Source: Octopus bimaculoides
Lineage: Eukaryota
DNA: 64,000 nucleotides
Direction: 5' to 3'
NCBI RefSeq assembly: GCF_001194135.2
Contig: NC_069000.1
Span: 10,909,774 to 10,973,773, forward strand
The notes under the pieces were generated by a model. It did not search any database and was not told the DNA's origin. It saw only the letters and a list, made by a program, of their open reading frames with translations. The translations under genes were made by a program, and so were the position numbers. Positions 38,301 through 48,991 of the stretch are shown here, one piece after another (position 1 is the stretch's first letter; every line of letters starts with the position of its first letter).

Positions 38301-38664
38301 CGGCATAGAGTCGAGTTTCCCCCCCCCCCATCTACTGTTAGCTTTAATTCTTAATATATATANNNNNNNNNNCCCCATCTACTGTTAGCTTTAATTCTTA
38401 ATATATATATATATATATATAATGGGTTTATTACATTGCATGTAATAACAGTTGGTATCAATTACACCTTATCACTTGACATTGCACCTGGGTACTAATG
38501 AATGACGTAATTGTTTCTAATAATTAACATTTGAAGAGAGAGAAAACAACTGATTGTAATAATCTTTACTAATCAGTCGTATTAAAGTGTTGTACAGTGT
38601 ATTTAATATAAAGAAAAAGAAGACGATGTTTCAAAGCAGATAGGAATAAAAAGAGGCAATCAGA

Positions 38665-38840
38665 CCAAGAGAGACTGGTTGTTTTTGCGTCATCCTCTCC
38701 TAGTCTTAGGTCATCCAACTTTCCTCCTCCTTTCAGGTTCCCAGTCTAACACTTGTCCTGCAGTGTCTCGTTAGAGTGTGACCTGTCCAGCCCCATTTCC
38801 TACAGTAATCCAAAATCCCTTACATGTGTTCTGCAATCCT
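38665..38840 (-). mobile_element. decayed RTE-clade LINE ORF2 C-terminal fragment
   Basis: minus strand reads RKWGWTGHTL, then after a frameshift QVLDWEPERRRKVG*PKT, matching the WxGH...WxP.GxRxxGRPK tail of RTE ORF2. Confidence 0.6.
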
Positions 38841-39658
38841 TAGTGCATCTTCCATGTTGTTTAATTTTGAGAGTTAAGCTCCACCAATGTCTGTGCAAGT
38901 TATGAATACTGAAAGAGTACATCTGGTCCCACATTAAATACAACATCCTCGGGTCAACCAAAACCTTAGAATTCAAGATGAGTTGACTAGTTATGAATTG
39001 TGTGTGGAGACTTTATCAGATGGATTATACATGTAATTAAAAGGTATGGCTGTGTTTCACACTGATTTAGAGGTGTACAATAAGGGTACACATATCTCTG
39101 GAATACTCAACCACATAATTGCTAATCCAATGAGTAGAGAATTGAGTTGCTCAAACAACTGAATCTGGGTCATCAAAACCAGCTGAGACCCATTCACTTT
39201 CCAGGCTTAGTAAAGTTGATGTTGTTTATAGTATTTTGCTGTTCTTGTCCAGTGGCACTGAATTTACAACTAGATGGGTGGGTCATTTGAGGATTAAGCA
39301 TTTTGCCCCTCCCCCACATACATACAGCATGACGGACAGGTAACTAAATAAGCAATACAGGTGACATCACAGCTGGATATCAGGTGTCAACCAACCATAC
39401 ATTCTCTGAAAGGTGTGTGTGTGTGTACAGTTCAAAAGTTGGTGTAATTGGTAGAATGTCTGGTTGTACTGCTGTATATAGCGTTTGGTAGCGTTCTTGG
39501 GTATAAATTTTTGCTCAGTGTTGATTGATAAAGTAAGTAAATATTATGATAGGGAGTATTCCAGTCAATCGCCTACGACCCTTGTCAAGAGAAAGGTCAA
39601 AATAAGAATTGTTGGATACAATAACCTTATCAAGAAGCAGGTAGAATTGAAATCCTAT

Positions 39659-39692
<34 letters not shown>

Positions 39693-40239
39693 GCATTAAC
39701 ACATACTTTTGATATCACCCAAATAATGTTTAATAGGCTTCGCATAGTGATGGAAAGAAAATCAGTAGGCAGAGAATAAAAATGAAGTAAGCAAGAGGCA
39801 CACACAAAGCAAAAAAAAATATTTCTTGTCGAACGCAATAAATTATTGATATCAAAAGAAAAGCTTTTTCTTTTTCTTTCTTTCTCATTAAAAAGAAGAA
39901 AAAAAAACAACAAAAGCATGTAAAAATTCACACAGAGAAAAATTCACAAAACCAATACTAATAATATACATCTAACTTNNNNNNNNNNNNNNNNNNNNNN
40001 NNNNNNNNNNNNNNNNNNNNNNNNNNNNNNNNNNNNNNNNNNNNNNNNNNNNNNNNNNNNNNNNNNNNNNNNNNNNNNNNNNNNNNNNNNNNNNNNNNNN
40101 NNNNNNNNNNNNNNNNNNNNNNNNNNNNNNNNNNNNNNNNNNNNNNNNNNNNNNNNNNNNNNNNNNNNNNNNTTTTTTTTTTTTTTCTGACACCACCTTA
40201 AAACATATTAGGAACATTTCAATCACACTAACGATGTAT

Positions 40240-40457
40240 ATCATCATCGTCGTTTAACGTCCGCTTTCCATGCTAGCATGGGTTGGACGATTTGACTGAG
40301 GTCTGGTGGGCCAGGAGGCGACACCAGGCTCCAATCTGATTTGGTAGAGTTTCTACAGCTGGATGCCCTTCCTAACGCCAACCACTCCGAGAGTGTAGTG
40401 GGTGCTTTTACGTGCCACCGGCATGAGGGCCAGTCAGGCAGGTACTGGCAACGGCGT
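40240..40457 (-). mobile_element. family C RTE tail
   Basis: catcatcgtcgtttaacgtccgctttccatgctagc...gccagtcaggcaggtactggcaacgg. Confidence 0.85.
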
Positions 40458-40771
40458 ATGTATTTACATTAATACAAATCAAACACAAACAGGGCAATTC
40501 TTGGTTTGCTCTAAAGTTGCGGGAAGAGGCAACCGAAAATTCCCTTGAATCATTCTACCATCATCAGAAAGACAAAGAATTACATAAAATATCATTGTCC
40601 TTATACTACCATGTCCTTGTGGGATAAAGAATTAGGGCTAATTGAGGGCCTGAACACTTTTATCTTTGATCATAAATCTGCTTGATCACGGTTTGTTTTT
40701 CAGTGAGATTAAATGTCCGTAATAAGACAAGCTTTTCAGCTTCACTCAAGAATGGCTTTTTCTATTTTTAA

Positions 40772-40917
40772 AGTCTGTGTTTATGTCCCCATAACTTAGC
40801 GATTCAGCAAACGGACACTGATAAAGTAAATAGCGGGTTATTAAAAAAGAATAAGTCTTCAAGGTGGTGCCCCAGCATGGCCTCGGTCTAATGACTGAAA
40901 CGAGTAAAAGATAAAGG
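40772..40917 (+). mobile_element. family A SINE 3' half
   Basis: gtgtttatgtccccataacttagcgattcagcaa...ccagcatggcctcggtctaatgactgaaacgagtaaaag. Confidence 0.7.
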
Positions 40918-43614
40918 GATATGAACATGCATAATATTCAAATATACTTGCGTAATGGAATGTGCTCTTCTGTAATATCTTTTCAATTTACTTCATCTTA
41001 ACAATATATTCTTTGAATTATGACACCAGTCCAACTGTTAGAATATTACATACACCTTCGCACATCCTCTCCCTTCCCATCTGCAATAAACATAAACCTG
41101 CACTCAGAGAGATATTCTCCCTGTAACACATCAATGTTATGAACACTAAAATAGTTTTGTGGGGGTGGCAACATTATCGTTATTAGCATTATTACGAGGG
41201 TAAGAAGTGAATTCGATGTTAATTGCTATGGAATTTATGTTGTAAGCCAGCGAGAGAGAAAGAAGAAAAAAAAGAAACATATCTCCTAACTGTAAATGCC
41301 AAATAAAAGAATGTCTAGCTCAATGTATTTCATCTATGCATCATTTGCCATATGAACAGGACAAGGTCTTTCACTATTTTCACTGCTTTCATCTTTTACA
41401 CTTACTTTGTTTCGTTTCTCTTTGTGTGTGTGTGTGTGTGTGCTTTTAGTTTATTTTGTTCCACTGTCTAATGTCTGAAAAATTACTAAAGAGTATGTTT
41501 ATTCTTATTAAAGCAAGCAAATTAACTCTGTTCTACTACTTTCTGTTGATGCCAAGCCAAAGACATTCACCTACATTTATATGGACATACAAACACATAC
41601 ACATATATATATATATATATATAATGATAAAGGTGGCTTATTCGCAATTTACAACCAGTATATATATATATATATATATATACATATATATAATTCAATA
41701 ATAGGATAAAGTCTGTAAGAATTTATCAAGTAGTTACCGTGAAAAAACCTCATAAGGGAAAAATCCATCATTTATTCCCTATAAATATATGGGCATTACT
41801 ATACATAAATGCCTCACACTAAGAGGGACTCTAAAGTCAAACTACCATATATACACACACTCACAAGTAATACAGTAAAGAAGGCAAGGTGTATTCAACC
41901 ATATATGATGACATGTCATAGAAAAGCTTTTCTGATAAGAGAGAGGGGGGGACTGTATGTACAGTTTATAGTATTATCAGGGTGTAGTTTTACCTGATTT
42001 CTTGCATAGGCACCAGGTCTCGGGTTGCTGTCTTTTATTTTAGGGTGGACGAAGCGAGGTAGTTACTCGTATTTAAATCAAGGGGAAACAAGCTTTTTTG
42101 GTAGTTTATGGTCTAGGTCAGCTTAACCTTTCCAGTTTACTGGAGTCAGTAAAATAAACTGTCAGTGATAACCTACAGCACTCACTGTAAGGGCCCGTTT
42201 TCATGCTAGCATGGGTCAGGAGGAGTCAATACTAGTCTCGCCTCTCTCTACCAGCAATGTTTTCCACTGGCAAAAAGTAAGGCTGACACTTACAGACAGG
42301 TGTCAGAGTCAGAAAGGTCATCACCATGAAAACAGTTATCGCAGGGCATGTTATCCAATGCACTGACGGTTCTTGCTAATCTATTGCTCGGCATTGGTAC
42401 TTTTGTTGACATTAACACCACCCACCCAGTGTTGACCTTGTGGCATTTGAAGCCAAAGTGCAGCAGCTCTGGACAAATACCACAGTGAATTCCATCCTGC
42501 TCTTTAACAACTCTGCTGCCACTTTGCCCCTGTTCTGTATACTCCAAGTCATCTCTGTTCTAGCTCCATGTCAACATTTCGTCATAAGCTTCTTACTCTC
42601 TTCAAATTTCTTTGTCCTCTTCAACAACATTCCCTTTGGTTAGACTTCGTCTCACAGTGCTTCCTTCGTTAATTACTTTTATATCATCCAGATTCCTTTT
42701 AATTCTAGTCCCGCCTGCTTCCTTTGTTGAACCGTTAAGTTTTGTCTTCTCAATTCAAGTTATACTCGTCTCAGTTTTCAATGGTCTTTGTAGATCTTCA
42801 CCATTTATTGCTGGTAACACATTTACGCATCATCATACAAGCTATATTTTCGTTTTGGAAAGGGAGGAGAGAGAGAGAGAGAGAGAGACAAGCAAAAATA
42901 AAGATACACTATTTTAATTTTCTATACATTTTTATCATAGAAAAAACCCATCTTTTTCGAGATTACAAGAGGGCAGGAGGATGTGTAACCCCTTTGTCTC
43001 CTACAAGAGTAGAAAGAAATTCTCTAAATAGCTTCCAATCATGACAAGCTGTAGCCAGCATGCATGCTATAGCAACACTAGTTAGATCATGTTTTTTAAC
43101 AACATAACTTTTACCAATACTAAATATGTCTTTACAGTAGAAATTCCTCAAGTTGTAATCTGTTACAAATAGATGGAATCATTTTTTTCTTCTTTCGCTT
43201 CTTGTCTCGAATACAATTTCTCTTTTGTTTTGTTTGTCGTTATTTTTTTTGTATTATTGTTTGAGGAGGGAATTTTTTTTTCTTTTCCTTCATCATTTCT
43301 TGCAAATGCAGAATTATTATGCGTTCATGGACCAACCTTTTTTTTTTTTCTTCTAAAAATTATGCATTATTTACAACTATTTTTTAAATTTTTGTATTAT
43401 GTTCTTACTGCAGTTTTTTAGTTTATATGCTGCAATACAAAGACACAAAACAGTTTTGTCCTCTTCCTACTGAACCATTTTTGTGGGGAGATATTTCTAA
43501 GTTAATGAATAAATACAGAACCATTGTCTATTTGAACAACTGCAGCATTAGTACAGCTCTCATATCCTAGGCTATGTTTGTATGTGAGTATATATCAAGA
43601 TTATACATGTTTGG

Positions 43615-43812
43615 CGTGTGTGTATAATACAACATCACTGGTGCCAAACCGTATCGGTCTTTCCCTTGGATAACATCGGTGGCGTGGAGAGGAGAGGCTG
43701 GTATACATGGGCAACTGCTGGTCTTCCATAAACAACTTTGCCCAGACTTGTGCCTCAGAGGGTGCAATCCTATGGTCATTCATGACTGAAGGGGGTTTTT
43801 ACCCTTTTTTTA
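43615..43812 (+). repeat. GC-richer interspersed-repeat-like segment, family not assigned
   Basis: composition shift ending ggtcattcatgactgaagggggtttttacccttttt; retroposon-like tail; single copy in the window. Confidence 0.35.
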
Positions 43813-43875
43813 CATATATATTTATATATATATGTATTCACCTGGAAATAGATATATACAAATGAAAGTCTAAAA

Positions 43876-44290
43876 TCATCATCATCATCGTTTAACGTCC
43901 GCTTTCCATGCTAGCATGGGTTGGACGATTTGACTGAGGACTGGTGAAACCGGATGGCAACACCAGGCTCCAGTCTGATTTGGCAGAGTTTCTACAGCTG
44001 GATGCCCTTCCTAACGCCAACCACTCAGAGTGTAGTGGGTGCTTTTACGTGTCACCCGCACGAAAACGGCCACGCTCGAAATGGTGTCTTTTATGTGCCA
44101 CCCGCACAAGCCAGTCCAGGGGCACTGGCAACGATCTCGCTCGAAAATCCTACGGGAGCCAGTCAGGCGGTACTGGCAACGGCCACGCTCAAAATGGTGC
44201 ATCTCATGTGCCACCCGCACAAGAACCAGTCCAGGGGCACTGGCAACGATCTTACTTGGCTTGCCGGGTCTTCTCACGCACAGCACATCT
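43876..44290 (-). mobile_element. 5'-truncated RTE LINE: last ORF2 codons plus 3'UTR with internal duplication
   Basis: minus strand begins gctgtgcgtgagaagacccggcaagccaagtaa (AVREKTRQAK*) and ends ...ggacgttaaacgatgatgatg. Confidence 0.75.
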
Positions 44291-44579
44291 AAAATAGATG
44301 GGGAAAAAAAAGAAGTAATTCATGAAATGTGTTTTTCTCCTTTTAATTTTTTCCAATAGTATTCTAGACATTTTCCACAGATAATCTGTAAATATCTACA
44401 CCGTTATGTTTGTATGTCTGTATTTTCCATATCCCATATCGAAAGTTGACTCTCTCACGTCAAAATCACAAGTAATTAAATAATTCATTTAGACATTTGT
44501 TGAGCATTTTTTACAAAAACTACCTTATTGAGACTAATTATGATGTACATTGTGGCATGCGTATGTGTCTTGTGTGTAT

Positions 44580-44742
44580 AGTGTGGCTGTGTGATAAGAA
44601 GTTTGCTTCCCAACCACATAGTTCCAGGTTCAGTCTCACTGCATGGCACATTGAGCAAATGTCTTCTACTATAATCTCAGGACAACCAAAGCTTTGTGAG
44701 TGTATTTGGTCAACAGAATCTGAAAGAAGCCCATTGTATATA
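44580..44742 (+). mobile_element. family A SINE 5' half, CpG-decayed
   Basis: gtggctgtgtgataagaagtttgcttcccaaccacatagttccaggttcagtc. Confidence 0.75.
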
Positions 44743-46271
44743 ATAAATGATCAGTTATCAAAATCTCAAAGCTACAAGATAACACATGGTTAATTCAAAG
44801 CAATGTGAATTAAATAATCATTAACATTCGACAAAATGGTCTGGGTATTTTCTTTTTTCTTATCACAGCCCTATTACGTTGCCATCAATGCACCCCAAAA
44901 TTTATCCATTCCATTTCAGTCCACTTAAACATGTCGAATCTTCTATTTATACCTCACTTGTGCATTATTTATAAAGAATGTTTCTTTCCTTTTAACGTAT
45001 GCTATTTATTTTAATAGATCAATATTGAAGTTTTCTTTGTTTTCCAATATTCAGCTGGACTTGTATTTAAGTAATCAATGTGCCTTACTACAACTGATTC
45101 TAGTCCTTCACTTCGTGCTTGTGGGTTTTTTTTGCCATCAACACTTGTATGCTGTTAGTAACATTAACAAACTAGGTCAGATTAGTCTACAACTACCATA
45201 ATGAACAGTGTTTCCAATTAAATAATCTACCTTGTTTACAATATTCAGCTTACCATATTTCAGTAGTCAAAAGTTCTTTGCTGGAAGTGGCTCCAGTCTT
45301 GTTCAATATTTGAACGGTTACAGCAAATAAACTAAAATATCAAATTAGGTCCAAATTAGTGTAACGTAGTAATGAATAGTCTTTATGGTTTGTAAATGTT
45401 GGCATTTTAATTCTTGAGTTACTATTTAGAAAATGTTTTTTTAAGGAAAACTTTAATAAGTGAGTCTACTGTGTTGGATGTTGTTGCTTGGTTAAAATGA
45501 AAAGAATGCTGTAGTCCTTTTTTTTTTAGAGCTTAGCAATTTCATTGTAAAACCATTATCGCTATTATCATATAACCTTGTCTGAAAATATAAACGTGTC
45601 CTACATTGGTGAAAGAAGAATATATCCGAGGTGGTTAGGAGTATAATAGATAGATAGGGTGGTGTTATTTTTTATTTAGCCTAGTCGATGTTGATCCAAT
45701 AGACATAGGGCCAAAAGCCTACTAGCTAGAATTATCCCAGTTAGCAAAGATATTAATTAAACTGCATTTGGTTGTGAGGCTCTATCTTCAGGCTTTTGTA
45801 GTATGGAGTTAACACTTAGTTACCACTGCACACAGGCCCAGTCTGCCCTGGGGTGGTAGTACCTGTCGTGGTAGGGGTCAGATGGAAGAAGGTTCTGTGG
45901 TTAAGGTATGCAGAACTCAGAGGAGGGCTGGCCCCTGGACATGTGTTACGTCAGTCTACCATTGTGTGATCATTCCTTGATGTCACATGAACTAGTCGCC
46001 CTTGTTTACAGGATCTAAATAGGTCCCATGCTCTGGAGAACAGGAGATACCAAGCAGAATAAATTGTAAATAAATTTGCAACCTGTAAAACAGGTGAGAA
46101 TAGAGCATCATTAGTAAAGATAAAAGGAAATATTTAGAAGCCATTGATGAGGGAACCGCAAGTTTTGAGATTAATGACTTAGGTAAATCTTAGTTTAAAC
46201 ATTTACAACAGTAATGTTGATGTTAAGTATGGTTTAAGATTTGGCTCTCATCCACTACCACCACCCCATTA

Positions 46272-46635
46272 GATGCAGAAAGAGTTGTGTGGTTAAGAAG
46301 CTCACTTTGCAGTCATGCGGTTTGGGGTTCAGTCCCATTGCGTGGTACCTTGGGCAAATGTCTTCTATAGCCTCGGGCCAAACAATGCCTTGTGAGTGAA
46401 ATTTAGTATGCAGAAGCTGTATGGGAGTCTGTTGTATGTATGTGTACATACATATATGTGTTTGTCATCTCCCACACTGCCTGATAACTGATGGTTTCTT
46501 TGTAATTTAGCAGTTTAGCAAAAGAGACCGATAGAATAAGTACTGGACTTCAAAGGAAAAGATACGTACTGTGGTTGATTTGTTCAATTAAGACCCTTCG
46601 AAGCAGGGTTTTTTTCATGGCTGCAGTCCAGTGAC
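46272..46635 (+). mobile_element. family A SINE, near full length
   Basis: head gtgtggttaagaagctcactttgcag...ggttcagtccc; tail gcagtccagtgactgaaacgaataaaag. Confidence 0.8.
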
Positions 46636-47644
46636 TGAAACGAATAAAAGATAATGGTCAGAAATGACCAGATGACCACGTCTTAGAGAAGGCAGATCAT
46701 GATACAATATGAGATGTTTTAGGAATGTGGAGCTCAGGTGGAATGACAAAATGGTATATACTATTCTTTGGAAAGTCTCATCTTCGTGTTGTTTGAGTTA
46801 GAATGGGATATTTGCATTGTGCAAGTTTTGCCAAAGGAGAAGTCTGTTCAGGGATTCCTTGTTTAAAAGATGAGCACTTAGTAAAAGTCTACGGTAATGG
46901 GAAGAGATAGATTCTGCAAATGACTGGATAGAAAAGAAAAAAAAAATATATGGTTGGTGAGATTTAGCTACCGACTTGCTAGTGTGAATATCTGATCCCT
47001 TGTATATATGGACATGTATTGGCTGTTGTGTGTAAGTGTGTAGCCTGCCGTTTACAAATGTGTGAATGTCTTTTTTGTGTATGTATGCTTTATCGTGTAA
47101 ATGTACACATGTGTAAGATAGAAAATGTGTACAGAGCATTTGTATTTTGTGTTTGCTTTTACTTATCGGTAATTGAAGGGTGGGGGAAGAAGAAGAAGAA
47201 GACAAAAGAAAAGTAGTAACAATCATAGAAAATGGGAAGTGAATGGAAGGGAACAGGATGGCATAAAAAAAATAAATAAGGCCCTTCCGTTTGGTTAACC
47301 ATTATATGTGCATTGAAGATTTCATTGATTTTCTTCCCTTCAACACAATTGCTCTCACTCTATTCAATAACATTCATTTAACAAACCTTTTATAGGTACC
47401 CCCCCCCCCCACCACTTCTTTCTTCCAACCATCTTTAACAGATATACGGGACTTTGTTTCCTTTTTTTCACCAACAAGACTATATTTTAGGGTAATTTCC
47501 TTCTTTTACAATTAACACTTTACACAAGTGATGGATGGTTAGTTGGCAGTAACGGTAAAGCACTCGACTAACTATTTGACAATGTTTAATTTCATTGTGC
47601 TTCTAAAATCCATCTTTAAATCCCTTTGTGATTGATAAATGTGT

Positions 47645-47880
47645 GTGTGGAAGTGCGTGGCCTAGTTGTTACGGTGTTGTGCTCACAATCACTAGATCTT
47701 GCGTTCAATTCCTGCACCAAGTGAACCGTTGTGTTGTGTTCTTGAGCAAATCACTTCAACATCTGACATGTAGCAGCACACTTGTGCACCTGTTCAGGTA
47801 ATGTTGATTTGATGGAGGGAGGGAGTTAATGAACAGTCCATACATTTGATTACTATAAACAAATCATTTGTGCAAGTTGT
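47645..47880 (+). mobile_element. family D SINE
   Basis: ggaagtgcgtggcctagttgttacggtgttg...gcgttcaattcctgcacc...gtgttcttgagcaaatcacttc. Confidence 0.7.
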
Positions 47881-47914
47881 TGAGCAAAACCTGACCACTC
47901 ATACATCAATTTCA

Positions 47915-48148
47915 ATAGGGAGAGCCTTGTGAGTGGATTTGGTAGATGGAAACTGAAAGAAGCCCGTCGTATATATATGTGTATGTTTGTTCCCCCACAA
48001 TCGCTTAACAACTGATGCTGGTGTCCCTGTAAGTTAGTGGATCGGCAAAAGAGACCGATAGAATAAGTCCTGGGGTCGATTTGCTCGACTAAAGGCGGTG
48101 CTCCAGCATGGCCACAGTCAAATGACTGAAACAAGTAAAAGAGTAAGA
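47915..48148 (+). mobile_element. family A SINE 3' part
   Basis: agccttgtgagtggatttggtagatggaaactgaaagaagcccgtcg...gactgaaacaagtaaaagagtaagagta. Confidence 0.85.
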
Positions 48149-48422
48149 GTATACTGGGGTCGATTTATTCGCCTAAAAATTTAAGGTGATACCCCAGCAT
48201 GCCTGCAGCCTAGATGAAAGATAATCACACAAACAACCTTTTATACAGAGCAGAAAATCCTTTTAGAAAAGAGCTTGAAATAAGCAATTACTTTCATACA
48301 TTATAACTAATTCTCTTTTAACAAATACTATTGATGTTTTCTTTAAACAATTTCTTTGTTGATATTCTTCGAAATATTTTNNNNNNNNNNTTTTTTTTTT
48401 TTTTTTTTTTCTTCTTTTGCAG

Positions 48423-48609
48423 ATTTCAAATAGAAAAGATCTGCTGATGTTGGATATCAGTGAAACATCTGCAATTGCTTCTGTCACCATATTCTGGATT
48501 ATGTTTCCTTCAAGAAGCTCCTTTTCCCATTCAATGGAATCTGGAATTTTACAAATGTTTATGGACTTCTCTGAGCTGTAATCTGAAAAAAAAAAAAGCC
48601 TTTCACCAT
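48423..48609 (+). other. candidate non-coding 5'UTR exon of the AFF gene
   Basis: very strong acceptor (t)n-cttcttttgcag ending 48422; donor CAT|GTAAGT at 48610; candidate acceptors at 48971 (tag) and 48984 (cag) just before the ATG. Confidence 0.45.
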
Positions 48610-48991
48610 GTAAGTCATTTAGGTGATAGTAGCATCACCAGTGCCGGATTCTGGGTCCTTTCACAATGTTTTGTGGAACACACGACCAGTCACCAAGTTT
48701 TTTTATCTGATTATTTTCCATTGTTTAACGAACATTCCCCTCCCCCCCCCACACACACATACATACATGCATGCATGCACACACATGTTCACAATACACT
48801 GACCTATTCTCAGATCGAGTTTACAATCCTATAACTACACATATAAATTGTTGTTTGTATCTATGCACACTCTTGAAAACAGAAAAGAATAACACAAGCA
48901 AAATCCATACACATCAGTCACAGAATTGTTTTGTTCATTCTGGAAACTACCGTAATATTGGTACGCCGTAGTTATCACCATCAGCTGAACC

